Notes: generated by a model from the sequence alone, not told the origin. A stretch of DNA of 32,000 nucleotides from Polynucleobacter sp. MWH-UH25E (GCF_018687095.1 NZ_CP061286.1:768576-800575), one strand, 5' to 3'. Positions 1-8,989 are shown, numbered from the stretch's first letter. Made by a program: numbers and translations.

Positions 1-45
1 CGGCAGATTTAAGTGGGTGTGTAATAGAGTGTCGTTTTAAACGAC
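1..45 (+). repeat. Right-hand part of the ~100-bp junction element (cut by the window edge), ending in palindromic core GTCGTTTTAAACGAC at 31..45
   Basis: Hand alignment of 1..45 to 7042..7086 gives about 36/45 identities. The 15-mer has perfect 7-bp inverted arms around one central base. Confidence 0.85.
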
Positions 46-69
46 AGAATAAATAGCTATGAAGAATGC

Positions 70-798
70 CTAAATTTCTAACAAACCTCGCTTCGCAAGG
101 TAGTGAACAAGAATGCCAAATAGCACCGCAATTCCGACATTCCAAACTGCTAGACCTGCAGTTGCCAAAACTATAAAGCGGTCTGCCTTTTCTGATGAGG
201 TGTCTCTGCTACCCAAGGCGAGTTGAAGTCCAGCGAAAAAGAGGATGACACCTAAAACACTTGATGGGAATAGTTGAAAGATTGTGCTGATGGATGAAGG
301 TAAAACTACACCAGCAACCAGCAAGATGCATCCAAGAATGATTGATGAACCGCCAGTCCTTGCACCGAATTGAATATGCCCAGCCATACCACCTGCACCA
401 TGACACATTGGTATACCGCCAATTAGGCTAGACCACACATTCATTAAGCCCGTAGATAAGGCTACTGTTCTTTCTTTGATTGGTCTATCAGGGAATAGGT
501 GGTTATTTTCTTCGATGATAGATATAAAAGCATTTCCAAAGGTAAGCGGAAGTTGCGGTAATGCCAGCAGAATTAAGCCAAGCCATAAATCATTTAAGGT
601 CAATGCTTGCCACTCAAATGGTGGAATAACAAATTCAGGCTTAATGTCATGCAGTTGGCTTAATAATTCAGGCTTATCAAATAGGGCAATTCCAAAGCCT
701 GCCGCTAGTAAGATAAGCATGGCTGGAACCTTTGGTCGATTTAGCAATCCCAATGTAAGCATCAGCAATACTCCAGCAATGTAGGGGCTGCTTCTCAT
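70..798 (-). pseudogene. Probable 5'-truncated sulfate/molybdate-type (MOT1/SulP-like) membrane transporter fragment
   Basis: The 242-aa ORF is polytopic and hydrophobic with a GGIPMCHGAGG-type motif. It looks like only the C-terminal two thirds of such transporters. Its start abuts an opposite-strand gene fragment head to head. Confidence 0.45.
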
Positions 799-1078
799 GA
801 GGCGAATAGCTGATATTTCAGAGGCTATTGCAAGACAACTTGGCTGGGATGAAAGTCGTATTCATGGCTTGAGAATGGCAGCCTTAATACATGATATTGG
901 TAAAGTATCCATTCCTTCGGAGTTGCTAACGAAACCCTCCAAGCTTTCAGACTTGGAGTATGCAATGATGAAGGAGCATGTAAAAAACGGATATCTAATT
1001 TTGAAAGATATTCCGTTTGTATGGCCGGTAGCGGAGAGTATTTATCAGCATCATGAACGAATGGATGGCTCAGGATAG
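797..1078 (+). pseudogene. HD-GYP domain phosphodiesterase fragment
   Basis: It contains HDIGK and HHERMDGSG, then a stop codon exactly where the GYP residues should follow. It is only 93 aa, with no receiver or N-terminal part. Its ATG overlaps the start of the minus-strand fragment by 2 nt. Confidence 0.6.
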
Positions 1079-1266
1079 GCGACAGCGCATAGCACGTGCG
1101 CAGCAGTCATTGGCACGTGCTACTGCACCCACCACTACGATTTAACAGATTTAGACATCCTAAAAACAGGATTAAAACCCGTAGCCACAACGGTTTGAAC
1201 TATTTGATAGAGTCAGCCACAGCCTGCACATTCACACAGCACCACAGTCAATTTGCTACAATTCTT

Positions 1267-1310
1267 AGTTCGGCGAATTAGCTCAGCTGGTTAGAGCGAC
1301 GGAATCATAA
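1267..1310 (+). repeat. attL-like direct repeat: 5' half of the tRNA(CAU) gene up to the anticodon loop, plus 5 upstream nt; a diverged tRNA-like tail follows (tRNA remnant)
   Basis: It is identical to 17817..17860 except for one position (c/t in the D-loop). After ...ggaatcataa the sequence diverges, keeping only weak resemblance to the tRNA 3' half. Confidence 0.8.
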
Positions 1311-1489
1311 CTCGTAAGGTTCTTAGGTTGCCAACCCTTTTCCCAATAAAATCAATAACTTAGAAAACCATGGTTTTCGCCGTGCTACACACCGTGTGAC
1401 ACACCGCCCGAAAAGTACCGAAGAATAAGGCTTTCGTGGAAGAAACCCTTTAATCATATGGCTCAGAGCGGAGGGTGGTGGCGAGATTT

Positions 1490-1504
1490 GTCGTTTAAAA
1501 CGAC
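1490..1504. repeat. Palindromic core copy GTCGTTTAAAACGAC
   Basis: Perfect 15-mer, about 180 bp inside the left island end and 88 bp upstream of the DUF2806 ORF. Confidence 0.9.
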
Positions 1505-1591
1505 GCTATAAATACTCCCCTTTAAATTCAATCAAATTTAAATTCCTGGATATAAACTGAATCAATTGAATGGAGTCGACAAGAGGGTTAT

Positions 1592-2584
1592 ATGACGTTC
1601 CCTGGGGAGCAATTAGTTATCAAGTTATGGGATAGCCTCATCGACAAGGGTGTCGGCTCTCTATTAAAGCCCTGGCAGATTAGAAGAGAGGGGCAGGCAA
1701 TGATTGATGTCAGAAAAGCAGAGATGCTTCAGATGGCTCAAGTTGAGCTGGATGCCCTTGCAATAAAAAGAGGCGAAAAGACTTTGTTGCCCAGCGGTGA
1801 AATTATTGACGTTGATAGTAAGCCTGGAAACCAGTTAACTATTGGGTTTATTAGCGGCAAGTCAATGCAAGCAATAAAAGCTGAAGAAATTAGAAAAGAG
1901 GTCAGTGTTAACAAGGCAATTCACTATGCTGAGGAAGAGTTGTTGCGGGATTCTCAAGAGCCATCAGATAAGACAATTGATGGTGACTGGTTGCTGAGAT
2001 GGAGAGATGGGGCGTCATCCGTCTCTTCTGAGGAGTTAATTAGCTTATGGGGCAAGGTATTAGCAGGCGAATCCAAGGGGCCAGGCACATACTCATTAAG
2101 AACTTTAGATTTTTTAAAGCACCTCAGTAAGGATGAGGCTGCTTTGATTGAATCAATAATGGCATTTGCATATGAAGGTTTTATTTATAGAGGTGACGAG
2201 GAAATACTAAAGGCTAATAACATCACTTTCGATAAGTTGCTCAATTTGCAAGAGTTGGGATTGCTTTCTGGAGTTGATACTTATGGCCTTGAGAAGAACT
2301 GGAGGAGTAGTTCGAAGGATGCATTTACGGTGGCAATTGTTTCAAATGAAAAATTAATACTAGCCACAAATCCAGATTCTGAAAGGGTATTAAAAATACA
2401 TCCAGTTTGTCTGCTGACATCTATAGGTCTTCAACTTTATAGCTTAATAAAAATACCCCCGAATCTTGGCATGATGAATGTGATTGCCGAAAAAATAAAA
2501 TCACAAGGATTTGATGCTCAGGTTGGCGATATTGTGGAAATCTCCGGAAGCAAGATCACATATAAAAATTTAATGCCAATCTAG
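1592..2584 (+). CDS. DUF2806-like protein
   Basis: 330-aa ORF with an AGAGGG RBS. It has the N-terminal LLKPWQIRREG... motif and the central W..LAGE...PG.YSLRTL.FL..LSK.EA pattern that I associate with DUF2806. Confidence 0.6.
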   Translation: MTFPGEQLVIKLWDSLIDKGVGSLLKPWQIRREGQAMIDVRKAEMLQMAQVELDALAIKRGEKTLLPSGEIIDVDSKPGNQLTIGFISGKSMQAIKAEEIRKEVSVNKAIHYAEEELLRDSQEPSDKTIDGDWLLRWRDGASSVSSEELISLWGKVLAGESKGPGTYSLRTLDFLKHLSKDEAALIESIMAFAYEGFIYRGDEEILKANNITFDKLLNLQELGLLSGVDTYGLEKNWRSSSKDAFTVAIVSNEKLILATNPDSERVLKIHPVCLLTSIGLQLYSLIKIPPNLGMMNVIAEKIKSQGFDAQVGDIVEISGSKITYKNLMPI

Positions 2585-2592
2585 GTTTTCTT

Positions 2593-2692
2593 TCTCGGAG
2601 TAGTAATAGATCGTACTAATATTTACCCCAAGTAATACAGGGGTGTAGGGCTGATTAAAGCGGGCGTGTAACAAAGTGTCGTTTAAAACGAC
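2593..2692 (+). repeat. 100-bp junction element copy A (left box GTAATAGATCGTACTAATA at 2603..2621; core palindrome at 2678..2692)
   Basis: Ungapped hand alignment to 6987..7086 gives about 76/100 identities. The ends are conserved, the centre is variable, and the box-to-core spacing is 75 bp in both. It lies just 3' of the DUF2806 ORF. Confidence 0.85.
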
Positions 2693-2734
2693 ATTTTTAC
2701 GCATTTTTTACACTAAAAGATTCAAAATGGTTGC

Positions 2735-4234
2735 GTGGAAATAAAAGCAACCAAATTCAATAGCGAAACTCGCCCAATTATTTCGGGCCTGATTGCTATA
2801 GCCATTTCATCTGTCTTAACGCTGATCTGTACTCCGGCTATAGGTGTGGTGGAGTTAGCCAATATTGTCATGGTGTTTTTGCTCAGTACCTTTTTGGTGG
2901 CAATCACGCTTGGCAGAAATGCCGCCATAGTTTCAGCATTTTCTAATGTGGCCTTCTTTGATTTCTTTTTTGTGCCACCACGATTTTCGTTTTCAGTTGA
3001 TGATGGTCAGTACCTCATTACCTTTTTGGTAATGCTGATTGTAGGTTTGGTGACAGCGCATCTAGCCGCCAAATTAAAAGATCAAATTAAAGATGTATTG
3101 GCTAGAGAGAGGCTTGCTAAGGCGCTTCAAAATTTGTCCCGAGGACTTTTTAGTGCCTCAACCGAAGAGCAAATTATCCAAGTTGCCAAAGCCACGCTAG
3201 AAAAGCCTATTGGTGTTGATATTGAGCTGTTTTTGACTGATAGCCCACAAGAGCTCAAGAAATCCAAGTTTGACTCTCAGGCAATCACATGGGCTATCCA
3301 AAGTGGAAATCGCATCTTTCATGAGATAGATGACTTTGATGGAAGCTCAATCATATTCATTCCAGTTCGTGCTGAATTAAAAACATTTGGTATTTTGATT
3401 GCGTCTGATCCCACTAGATCCATTAGAAAACATGGCTTAGATGATTTACTTCAAACGGCATCTAATCTGATTGCCTTGGCTGTAGCCCAATTACGCTCAA
3501 TCAAGTCTGAAGAAGCCAGCAAAGTTGAGGCCGCTACAGAAAGATTAAAGAGCGCCATTCTTTCATCGTTATCCCACGATCTTCGTACGCCTTTGACAAC
3601 GATGATTGGTTTGGCCGAAAACCTTCAGGCTCGTACCCATGGATTAGATGAAGAAAGCAAAAAAGACCTTGAGACAATTCGAGGTCAGGGAATGCGTTTG
3701 GCAAACATGATTGGTAATTTGCTAGAGATGGCAAGGCTTCAAACACAAGGCCCGACTTTGAAAAAAGAGTGGCAACCCATTGAAGATGTTTTGGGTTCAA
3801 GCATCAAGCACTTCAATGAATCATTCGCAGATAGGAAGGTAGAGCTTCATCTACCGGCCAACTTGCCACCCATGTATTTTGACGAAGTTCTCATTGAAAG
3901 AGTCTTATCTAATCTTTTGGAGAACTCGGCGAAGTATTCCAACCTAGATGCGCTTATTGATATTGAGGTTGCTGTGAGTTCGAAGAGCTTAACCATCTCT
4001 GTAAAAGACTCAGGCAAAGGATTTAATCAAGACCCCGAAAAGCTATTTGAGATGTTTGCTAGAGGCATTTCAGATACTAAGCAAACTGGCATGGGTGTTG
4101 GATTGGCGATCTGTAAAACCATCGTTGAAGCGCATGACGGAAACATATCGGTAAGAAATAATTCAAATGGTATTGGGTCAACGATTGAATTTACTTTACC
4201 CATATATCCATATCCTGAGTTGGATAAACCATGA
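2735..4234 (+). CDS. Sensor histidine kinase, KdpD-like but lacking the N-terminal KdpD/Usp sensor region (DUF4118 TM block, GAF-like region, HisKA, HATPase)
   Basis: It has the FFDFFFVPPRFSF membrane motif typical of the KdpD TM domain, an H-box SHDLRTPL, and G-boxes DSGKGF and GMGVGLAICK. The GTG start lies 43 bp after the repeat core. Confidence 0.8.
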   Translation: MEIKATKFNSETRPIISGLIAIAISSVLTLICTPAIGVVELANIVMVFLLSTFLVAITLGRNAAIVSAFSNVAFFDFFFVPPRFSFSVDDGQYLITFLVMLIVGLVTAHLAAKLKDQIKDVLARERLAKALQNLSRGLFSASTEEQIIQVAKATLEKPIGVDIELFLTDSPQELKKSKFDSQAITWAIQSGNRIFHEIDDFDGSSIIFIPVRAELKTFGILIASDPTRSIRKHGLDDLLQTASNLIALAVAQLRSIKSEEASKVEAATERLKSAILSSLSHDLRTPLTTMIGLAENLQARTHGLDEESKKDLETIRGQGMRLANMIGNLLEMARLQTQGPTLKKEWQPIEDVLGSSIKHFNESFADRKVELHLPANLPPMYFDEVLIERVLSNLLENSAKYSNLDALIDIEVAVSSKSLTISVKDSGKGFNQDPEKLFEMFARGISDTKQTGMGVGLAICKTIVEAHDGNISVRNNSNGIGSTIEFTLPIYPYPELDKP

Positions 4235-4926
4235 GCACCAATCTTCAAACTAAAAAGGTTCTTGTTATTGAGGATGACGCTCAGATTCGAGACCTGATTG
4301 CTAAGGTAGTCAGTGGAATGGACTTGAGCCCCATACAGGAAAGCACTATAGAAGGTGGTCTGAAGATTGCCGCTTCCAATAAACCCGATCTAGTGATCTT
4401 GGATTTAGGCCTTGTCGATGGCGATGGTATCGAGTTTATTACTGGCTATCGTGCGTGGTCTTCAAACCCCATCTTAGTTCTATCCGCTCGCATTGTCGAA
4501 CATGAAAAGGTCAAGGCGCTTGATGCTGGAGCAGATGACTATTTAACTAAGCCATTTGGCACCGCAGAGCTCATGGCAAGACTGCGGGTGTTATTGCGTC
4601 GTCAAAACAAAGCTGAATCTAATACGCCCAAATTTATTTTTGGGGATATTGAAGTGGACTTAAGTAGCCGAAAAGTAAGCAAGGCAAATGAAGAAGTGCG
4701 TCTCAGTAAAACCGAGTATCAATTGCTCAATGTGTTGCTTTTGAATCAAGGCCGTGTTGTTACCCATCGTCAATTATTAAAAGAAGTATGGGGCGGACAG
4801 CACACTGAAGATAGCCATTACCTACGTATTTATATGGGGCATCTGCGTCAGAAATTAGAAGATGATCCAGCAAAGCCCAAATACCTTCTCACAGAAACTG
4901 GTATTGGATACCGCTTAGATATTTAA
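4231..4926 (+). CDS. OmpR-family response regulator, KdpE-like
   Basis: Receiver domain (DLGLVDGDG, KP) plus a winged-helix C-terminus (TETGIGYRL). Its ATGA overlap with the kinase stop indicates translational coupling. Confidence 0.85.
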   Translation: MSTNLQTKKVLVIEDDAQIRDLIAKVVSGMDLSPIQESTIEGGLKIAASNKPDLVILDLGLVDGDGIEFITGYRAWSSNPILVLSARIVEHEKVKALDAGADDYLTKPFGTAELMARLRVLLRRQNKAESNTPKFIFGDIEVDLSSRKVSKANEEVRLSKTEYQLLNVLLLNQGRVVTHRQLLKEVWGGQHTEDSHYLRIYMGHLRQKLEDDPAKPKYLLTETGIGYRLDI

Positions 4927-4946
4927 CTCAAAACAGAGAGAGCATC

Positions 4947-6905
4947 ATGGAAAAAATTATTAATTTTTTTAGAGGCAAGGCATTGGATCCAATGGATCCT
5001 AAGACTCGTCATGCGATCGCTATCATTCCCCTTTTAGCGTGGGTGGGCTTGGGCGCTGATGGTCTCTCGTCATCCTGCTATGGTCCCGAAGAAGCCTTTT
5101 TGGCCTTGGGAGCAAATCATGGCCTAGCTATCTTTCTGGCACTAGTTACAGCATTAACTGTTTTTATTATTGCTTTAGGCTACAACCAAATTATTGAATT
5201 GTTTCCGACTGGCGGCGGTGGATACCGAGTTGCCACAGCCTTGCTTGGATCTAAGGCGGGCTTAGTTTCGGGATCAGCGTTGTTGGTCGATTATGTTTTG
5301 ACTATTGCGATTTCATTGGCAAGTGGAGTAGATGCCGCATTTAGTTTGATTCCCCCAGAGTATCAGGATTACAAACTAATGGTCGAGTTGGGGTTAGTCA
5401 CCTTTCTTATCTTTTTGAACTTTAGGGGCATTAAAGAATCTATTGTTGTCTTGCTTCCAATATTTCTAGGATTTTGTATTACACATGCGGTATTAATTGT
5501 TTATGGCATTAGTGTTCATGCTCCAGATCTTGGCAATGTGATGCCTAATGCGATTGCCAATACTCAAGCATTGAGCGGTGATATTGGTTGGATTGCGGTA
5601 GCAGCATTATTTTTAAAGGCATACTCATTAGGCGGCGGTACATACACTGGAATTGAAGCAGTCTCTAACAATGTAAATACTCTGGCCGAGCCAAGGGTTC
5701 CGCATGGTAAGCGTACGATGTGGTACCTAGCTTTTTCTCTAGCTTTTACTGCTGGCGGCATTATTCTGCTCTATATGCTTTGGGGCGCAGAAAAAGTTGA
5801 TGGCCAAACTTTGAACGCCACAGCCTTTGGAATGATTATTGATCACCTCAATCCAAACGGTGGTGGTATTAATACGATTGCTTTAGCCACAGTTTTATTG
5901 CTAGAAGCTGGATTGCTATTTGTTGCGGCGCAGGCTGGCTTTTTAGATGGCCCTACTGTGTTATCCAATATGGCGGCAGACTATTGGGTGCCAAGACAGT
6001 TTCGAGAGCTTTCAAGTCGTTTAGTAAGACAGAACGGCATCTTGGTGATGGGTATTGCGGCCTTTCTAATTTTGATTTTTACAGGAGGCTCCGTAGCAAC
6101 CTTAGTAGTTCTTTACAGTATTAATGTGTTTTTAACTTTCAGCATGTCATTGTTTGGTATGTCGGTTTATTGGGTTAAACATAGCAAAGACAAAGGCTGG
6201 TTTAAGCATTTTTTATTAAGTGCGGTTGGTTTTATTGTTACGGCATCTATTTTGATGGTCACCATTTATGAAAAATTATTCGATGGTGGTTGGTTAACAA
6301 TTCTTGTGACAAGCGTAGTAGTTGTTCTTTGCTTGTTAACTAGAAAACACTATGAAGCATTCAGGGTTGAGCTAAGCAAGGCGGATGAGGCATTTCCGGA
6401 CAACTTGGTTCAGTCATCAAAGAGTGATATTCCTGCTCTCGATAAAACAAAGCCAGCCGCAATTGTGTTGGTGAGCAGGCATCGTGGAGCCAGTATTCAT
6501 GCCTTGATGTGGGCGATGAGATTATTTCCACACTATAAGAATTATGTGTTTGTTGCGGTTGGTGAAGTAGACGCGAGTAGCTTTGACGGGCATCAAAAAG
6601 TAGAGGCGCTAAAAGAGCAAATGGAAAAATCCATGTCTTACTATGTCGATTTTTGCCATCAACATGGTTTGGCCGCCACTTATAAGATTGGTTTCGGTAC
6701 CGACCCAATCAAAGAGTTTATGAAGCTAACTGATGAAGCCTATCAAGAGTTTCCAAATGAGAGCATTTCATTTGCCAGTAAGTTGCTCTTTGCGAAAACT
6801 AACTTCTTTACTAAGTTCCTCCATAACCAGACTCCATTGGAAATTCAGGAGCGACTTCATTTCAGCGGTCGTCAAATGATTTTGTTACCCATGAGGGTTG
6901 GATAA
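4947..6905 (+). CDS. APC-superfamily transporter with a C-terminal cytoplasmic domain, KimA-like (putative K+/H+ symporter)
   Basis: 652 aa. The motifs FFRGKALDP...GADGLSSSCYGPEE, FPTGGGGY, LLVDYVLTIAISLASG and LKAYSLGGGTYTGIEAVSN match my recollection of B. subtilis KimA (YdaO). Confidence 0.6.
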   Translation: MEKIINFFRGKALDPMDPKTRHAIAIIPLLAWVGLGADGLSSSCYGPEEAFLALGANHGLAIFLALVTALTVFIIALGYNQIIELFPTGGGGYRVATALLGSKAGLVSGSALLVDYVLTIAISLASGVDAAFSLIPPEYQDYKLMVELGLVTFLIFLNFRGIKESIVVLLPIFLGFCITHAVLIVYGISVHAPDLGNVMPNAIANTQALSGDIGWIAVAALFLKAYSLGGGTYTGIEAVSNNVNTLAEPRVPHGKRTMWYLAFSLAFTAGGIILLYMLWGAEKVDGQTLNATAFGMIIDHLNPNGGGINTIALATVLLLEAGLLFVAAQAGFLDGPTVLSNMAADYWVPRQFRELSSRLVRQNGILVMGIAAFLILIFTGGSVATLVVLYSINVFLTFSMSLFGMSVYWVKHSKDKGWFKHFLLSAVGFIVTASILMVTIYEKLFDGGWLTILVTSVVVVLCLLTRKHYEAFRVELSKADEAFPDNLVQSSKSDIPALDKTKPAAIVLVSRHRGASIHALMWAMRLFPHYKNYVFVAVGEVDASSFDGHQKVEALKEQMEKSMSYYVDFCHQHGLAATYKIGFGTDPIKEFMKLTDEAYQEFPNESISFASKLLFAKTNFFTKFLHNQTPLEIQERLHFSGRQMILLPMRVG

Positions 6906-6957
6906 GGCATCCTAGGTTTTGGTTCTATTCCGCCCCGGGCCACCAAGAATCATCAAT

Positions 6958-6978
6958 ACCACCTTCGGGTGGTTTTTG
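6958..6978 (+). terminator. Rho-independent terminator after the transporter gene
   Basis: ACCACC-TTCG-GGTGGT hairpin followed by TTTTT. Confidence 0.7.
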
Positions 6979-6986
6979 ATTTGGAG

Positions 6987-7093
6987 TCTCGGACTGGTAA
7001 TAGATCGTGCTAATAATTTAATTAGACAACACAAGGATGCTGAGTTGATTTGAGTGAGTGTGTAACAAAGTGTCGTTTAAAACGACACTTTGT
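6987..7093 (+). repeat. 100-bp junction element copy B (left box at 6997..7015) ending in a 29-bp perfect palindrome at 7065..7093 (core at 7072..7086)
   Basis: ACAAAGTGTCGTTT-A-AAACGACACTTTGT has 14-bp arms, verified base by base. It sits between the plus-strand transporter cassette and the minus-strand AAA+ operon. Confidence 0.9.
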
Positions 7094-7110
7094 GCTTTAT
7101 GCAATCAGCC

Positions 7111-7407
7111 TTATCCAAATTTAGAAATAACTTCTCCTGTGTAATTAGGCAAAATTTGTAATTGGGCATCGCTCAGATTGATGGAGCGAAACCCTTTTGC
7201 AAACTCCATATCGAACCATGCCAGCCTTGCCTTAGCGCAAAGCTTATTTCCCAAAATATGAAATGAGTCTCTTCCATTCGCAAGCTCTAATACTCCATCA
7301 ATCTTTGACGATCGGTATGAAGCATTGCGAACGCGGATTGCGAAAACATTCGTAACTTGAGTATGTTCGGTTGCAATGGCGCCTTTGTGTGTATGCGGTG
7401 CTGGCAT
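7111..7407 (-). CDS. Hypothetical 98-aa protein, last gene of the AAA+ operon
   Basis: The internal ATG at 7407 is preceded by AAGGAGAG, which overlaps the stop of the upstream gene. The longer ORF-track start at 7479 would overlap the ATPase gene. Confidence 0.6.
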   Translation of the reverse strand: MPAPHTHKGAIATEHTQVTNVFAIRVRNASYRSSKIDGVLELANGRDSFHILGNKLCAKARLAWFDMEFAKGFRSINLSDAQLQILPNYTGEVISKFG

Positions 7408-7417
7408 GGTTCTCTCC

Positions 7418-8089
7418 TTAGAAAGTTGGTTGAGACTGCTTGGTGCGGCGAGCTTGACGTGAAATATTATTGATAACATTTCGTAGCGAGCCGTTAGCGC
7501 CCTTAATTATTTGAATTAACTCTTCGTCGTTTAAAACGACTTCATGATCGGCTGTGATCTTATGGGCTAAAGGCAGATAAGCCTCTGGATCAGCAGCATT
7601 CATTTCGACTAGTACACAACGATCAAGCAGGCCTTTATCCAGCTTGGATACGCTATTGGTTGTTAAAACAAATACACCTCGAGTGGTATTAAGTGATGAT
7701 TTAAGACTCTCTTGAGCTTGCTGTGTCAGCACATCCACTTCGTCAATAATGATGTAGTGCTTACCGCTAGCATTTAATGGTTGGGTCGCAAGAATCTTAT
7801 CGATTGTTTGCGATACCTGTACACCATTAAGGCCTTGCCGGCATCCAATGTAGTACTCGGGGAGAGCTTGGGCTTGACCAGTAGTGCCTACTTCAATCGC
7901 ATTTGGAAGAATGTTGGCCAGAGTTGTCTTCCCAGTTCCATAAGCCCCATATAAAAGTACACCGCTTTTTCCGCCAAACGGTAAAGGCTGGGCGCCACTT
8001 ACAATATCCTCAATACGCAGACGTGACTCATTGCTTCCGTAAATTATGTCGGCAGTGGATGTGGGTTTGAATTGTCCTTCGTTATACAT
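7418..8089 (-). CDS. AAA+ ATPase, clamp-loader (RFC small subunit / DnaX-delta')-like, short form
   Basis: Walker A GAYGTGKTT and Walker B IIIDEVD. The AQESLKSSLN...VLTTN...LLDRC pattern mirrors the RFC/DnaX boxes (SRC-like DRC). RBS is TAAGGAA. Confidence 0.75.
   Translation of the reverse strand: MYNEGQFKPTSTADIIYGSNESRLRIEDIVSGAQPLPFGGKSGVLLYGAYGTGKTTLANILPNAIEVGTTGQAQALPEYYIGCRQGLNGVQVSQTIDKILATQPLNASGKHYIIIDEVDVLTQQAQESLKSSLNTTRGVFVLTTNSVSKLDKGLLDRCVLVEMNAADPEAYLPLAHKITADHEVVLNDEELIQIIKGANGSLRNVINNISRQARRTKQSQPTF
7526..7540. repeat. Perfect palindromic core copy inside the AAA+ ATPase CDS
   Basis: GTCGTTTAAAACGAC read on the minus strand gives codons 184-188, V-V-L-N-D. Confidence 0.9.
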
Positions 8090-8143
8090 ATTTTTTCCTT
8101 AGGATTAGTTGGTGGCAACCTGTAGCAGTTGCCACCAGGTTGA

Positions 8144-8938
8144 TTAAGCCGCTACAGGCTTTCCATCCGCATCATTTGCGGCCTCAATTTCCTTCTTAGC
8201 TTTTGCCTCAATCTCTTTGGATTTGGCATAAGTTGCAAGTAATGCAGCATTAACAATGCCGTCTGAACGTAAAACGGTATAAATCCCATACTTGCCCTCT
8301 GGGGTTTGCTTTCCAAGTAACACAACTTTGTCGCCTGCGTACTCTGCGTCAGCTGTATGTGATAACAGGGCCGATTCAGCGTAACCAATAAATGAGCGGC
8401 CGTCTAAGATCGCACTCATTTCTTCAGCCTTAGCTTTTGGAGGAATAAAAGTTTTGCTCTGAGATAGGCGAATTTCTTGAACCCCACCTTTGGAGGCTAT
8501 CCATGTAGGTAGATCCAAGATGCTTACATTTTGTTTTTTGGCTTCGCGAAGCACAATTGAATAGCTACTAACGCGGCGACGGTTATCCATTCCAAAGACT
8601 GCGCGAAGAACACGGGTCTCTAATGGCGCCTCTTTGTTATAGCGATAGCCACGCTCTTTATAGAAGTTGGCTAATGCAATTGCACGTTGCTTTGCTGCGG
8701 GCGCAGGGAGTTCGCCGCAGAATGCTTTGCATTCCTGTAAAACAGATCCAAGTTCCTCATTGCTTTTGCGAAATGAACCTTGCTCCCAGTGAATGCGAGC
8801 TGCTTCCATTGCATTTAGGGCTTCCACTGAGTAATGCAGAACAGTTTGCTTCTTAATTGCCTCTGGGTTGGCAGCATCATTTGCCGATGTGGCTGATGAC
8901 ACCTTTACTTCAATTGCTTCATTTAACAGTGCTTCCAT
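8144..8938 (-). CDS. Hypothetical 264-aa protein, first gene of the AAA+ operon
   Basis: Long ORF with an AAAGGAAA RBS and a Lys/Ala/Glu-rich C-terminal tail. I do not recognise the family. Confidence 0.65.
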   Translation of the reverse strand: MEALLNEAIEVKVSSATSANDAANPEAIKKQTVLHYSVEALNAMEAARIHWEQGSFRKSNEELGSVLQECKAFCGELPAPAAKQRAIALANFYKERGYRYNKEAPLETRVLRAVFGMDNRRRVSSYSIVLREAKKQNVSILDLPTWIASKGGVQEIRLSQSKTFIPPKAKAEEMSAILDGRSFIGYAESALLSHTADAEYAGDKVVLLGKQTPEGKYGIYTVLRSDGIVNAALLATYAKSKEIEAKAKKEIEAANDADGKPVAA

Positions 8939-8972
8939 GTTATTTCCTTTCGATGATTGATTTAAATAATTT

Positions 8973-8989
8973 GTTGTTTTAGTAACAAC
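8973..8989. promoter_or_regulatory. Inverted repeat GTTGTT-N5-AACAAC in the divergent promoter region (candidate operator)
   Basis: It lies 35 bp upstream of the 8938 start, in the 128-bp AT-rich gap between divergent genes. Confidence 0.3.

Noticed and set aside
1096-1281. A 61-aa ORF running into the tRNA remnant
   Set aside because: There is no RBS and the sequence is low-complexity and His/Arg-rich. It overlaps the tRNA-derived repeat, so it is likely spurious.
7072-7086. A restriction-modification explanation, because the core contains a DraI-like TTTAAA and resembles a PmeI-type site
   Set aside because: No methyltransferase or restriction gene is recognisable in the window. Conservation extends well beyond 6-8 bp.
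2593-7093. The junction elements as classical integron attC sites
   Set aside because: I find no RYYYAAC/GTTRRRY core pair and no complementarity between the left and right boxes. No IntI-type integrase with its extra domain is present either, since the nearby recombinase is only 188 aa. The resemblance is organisational only.
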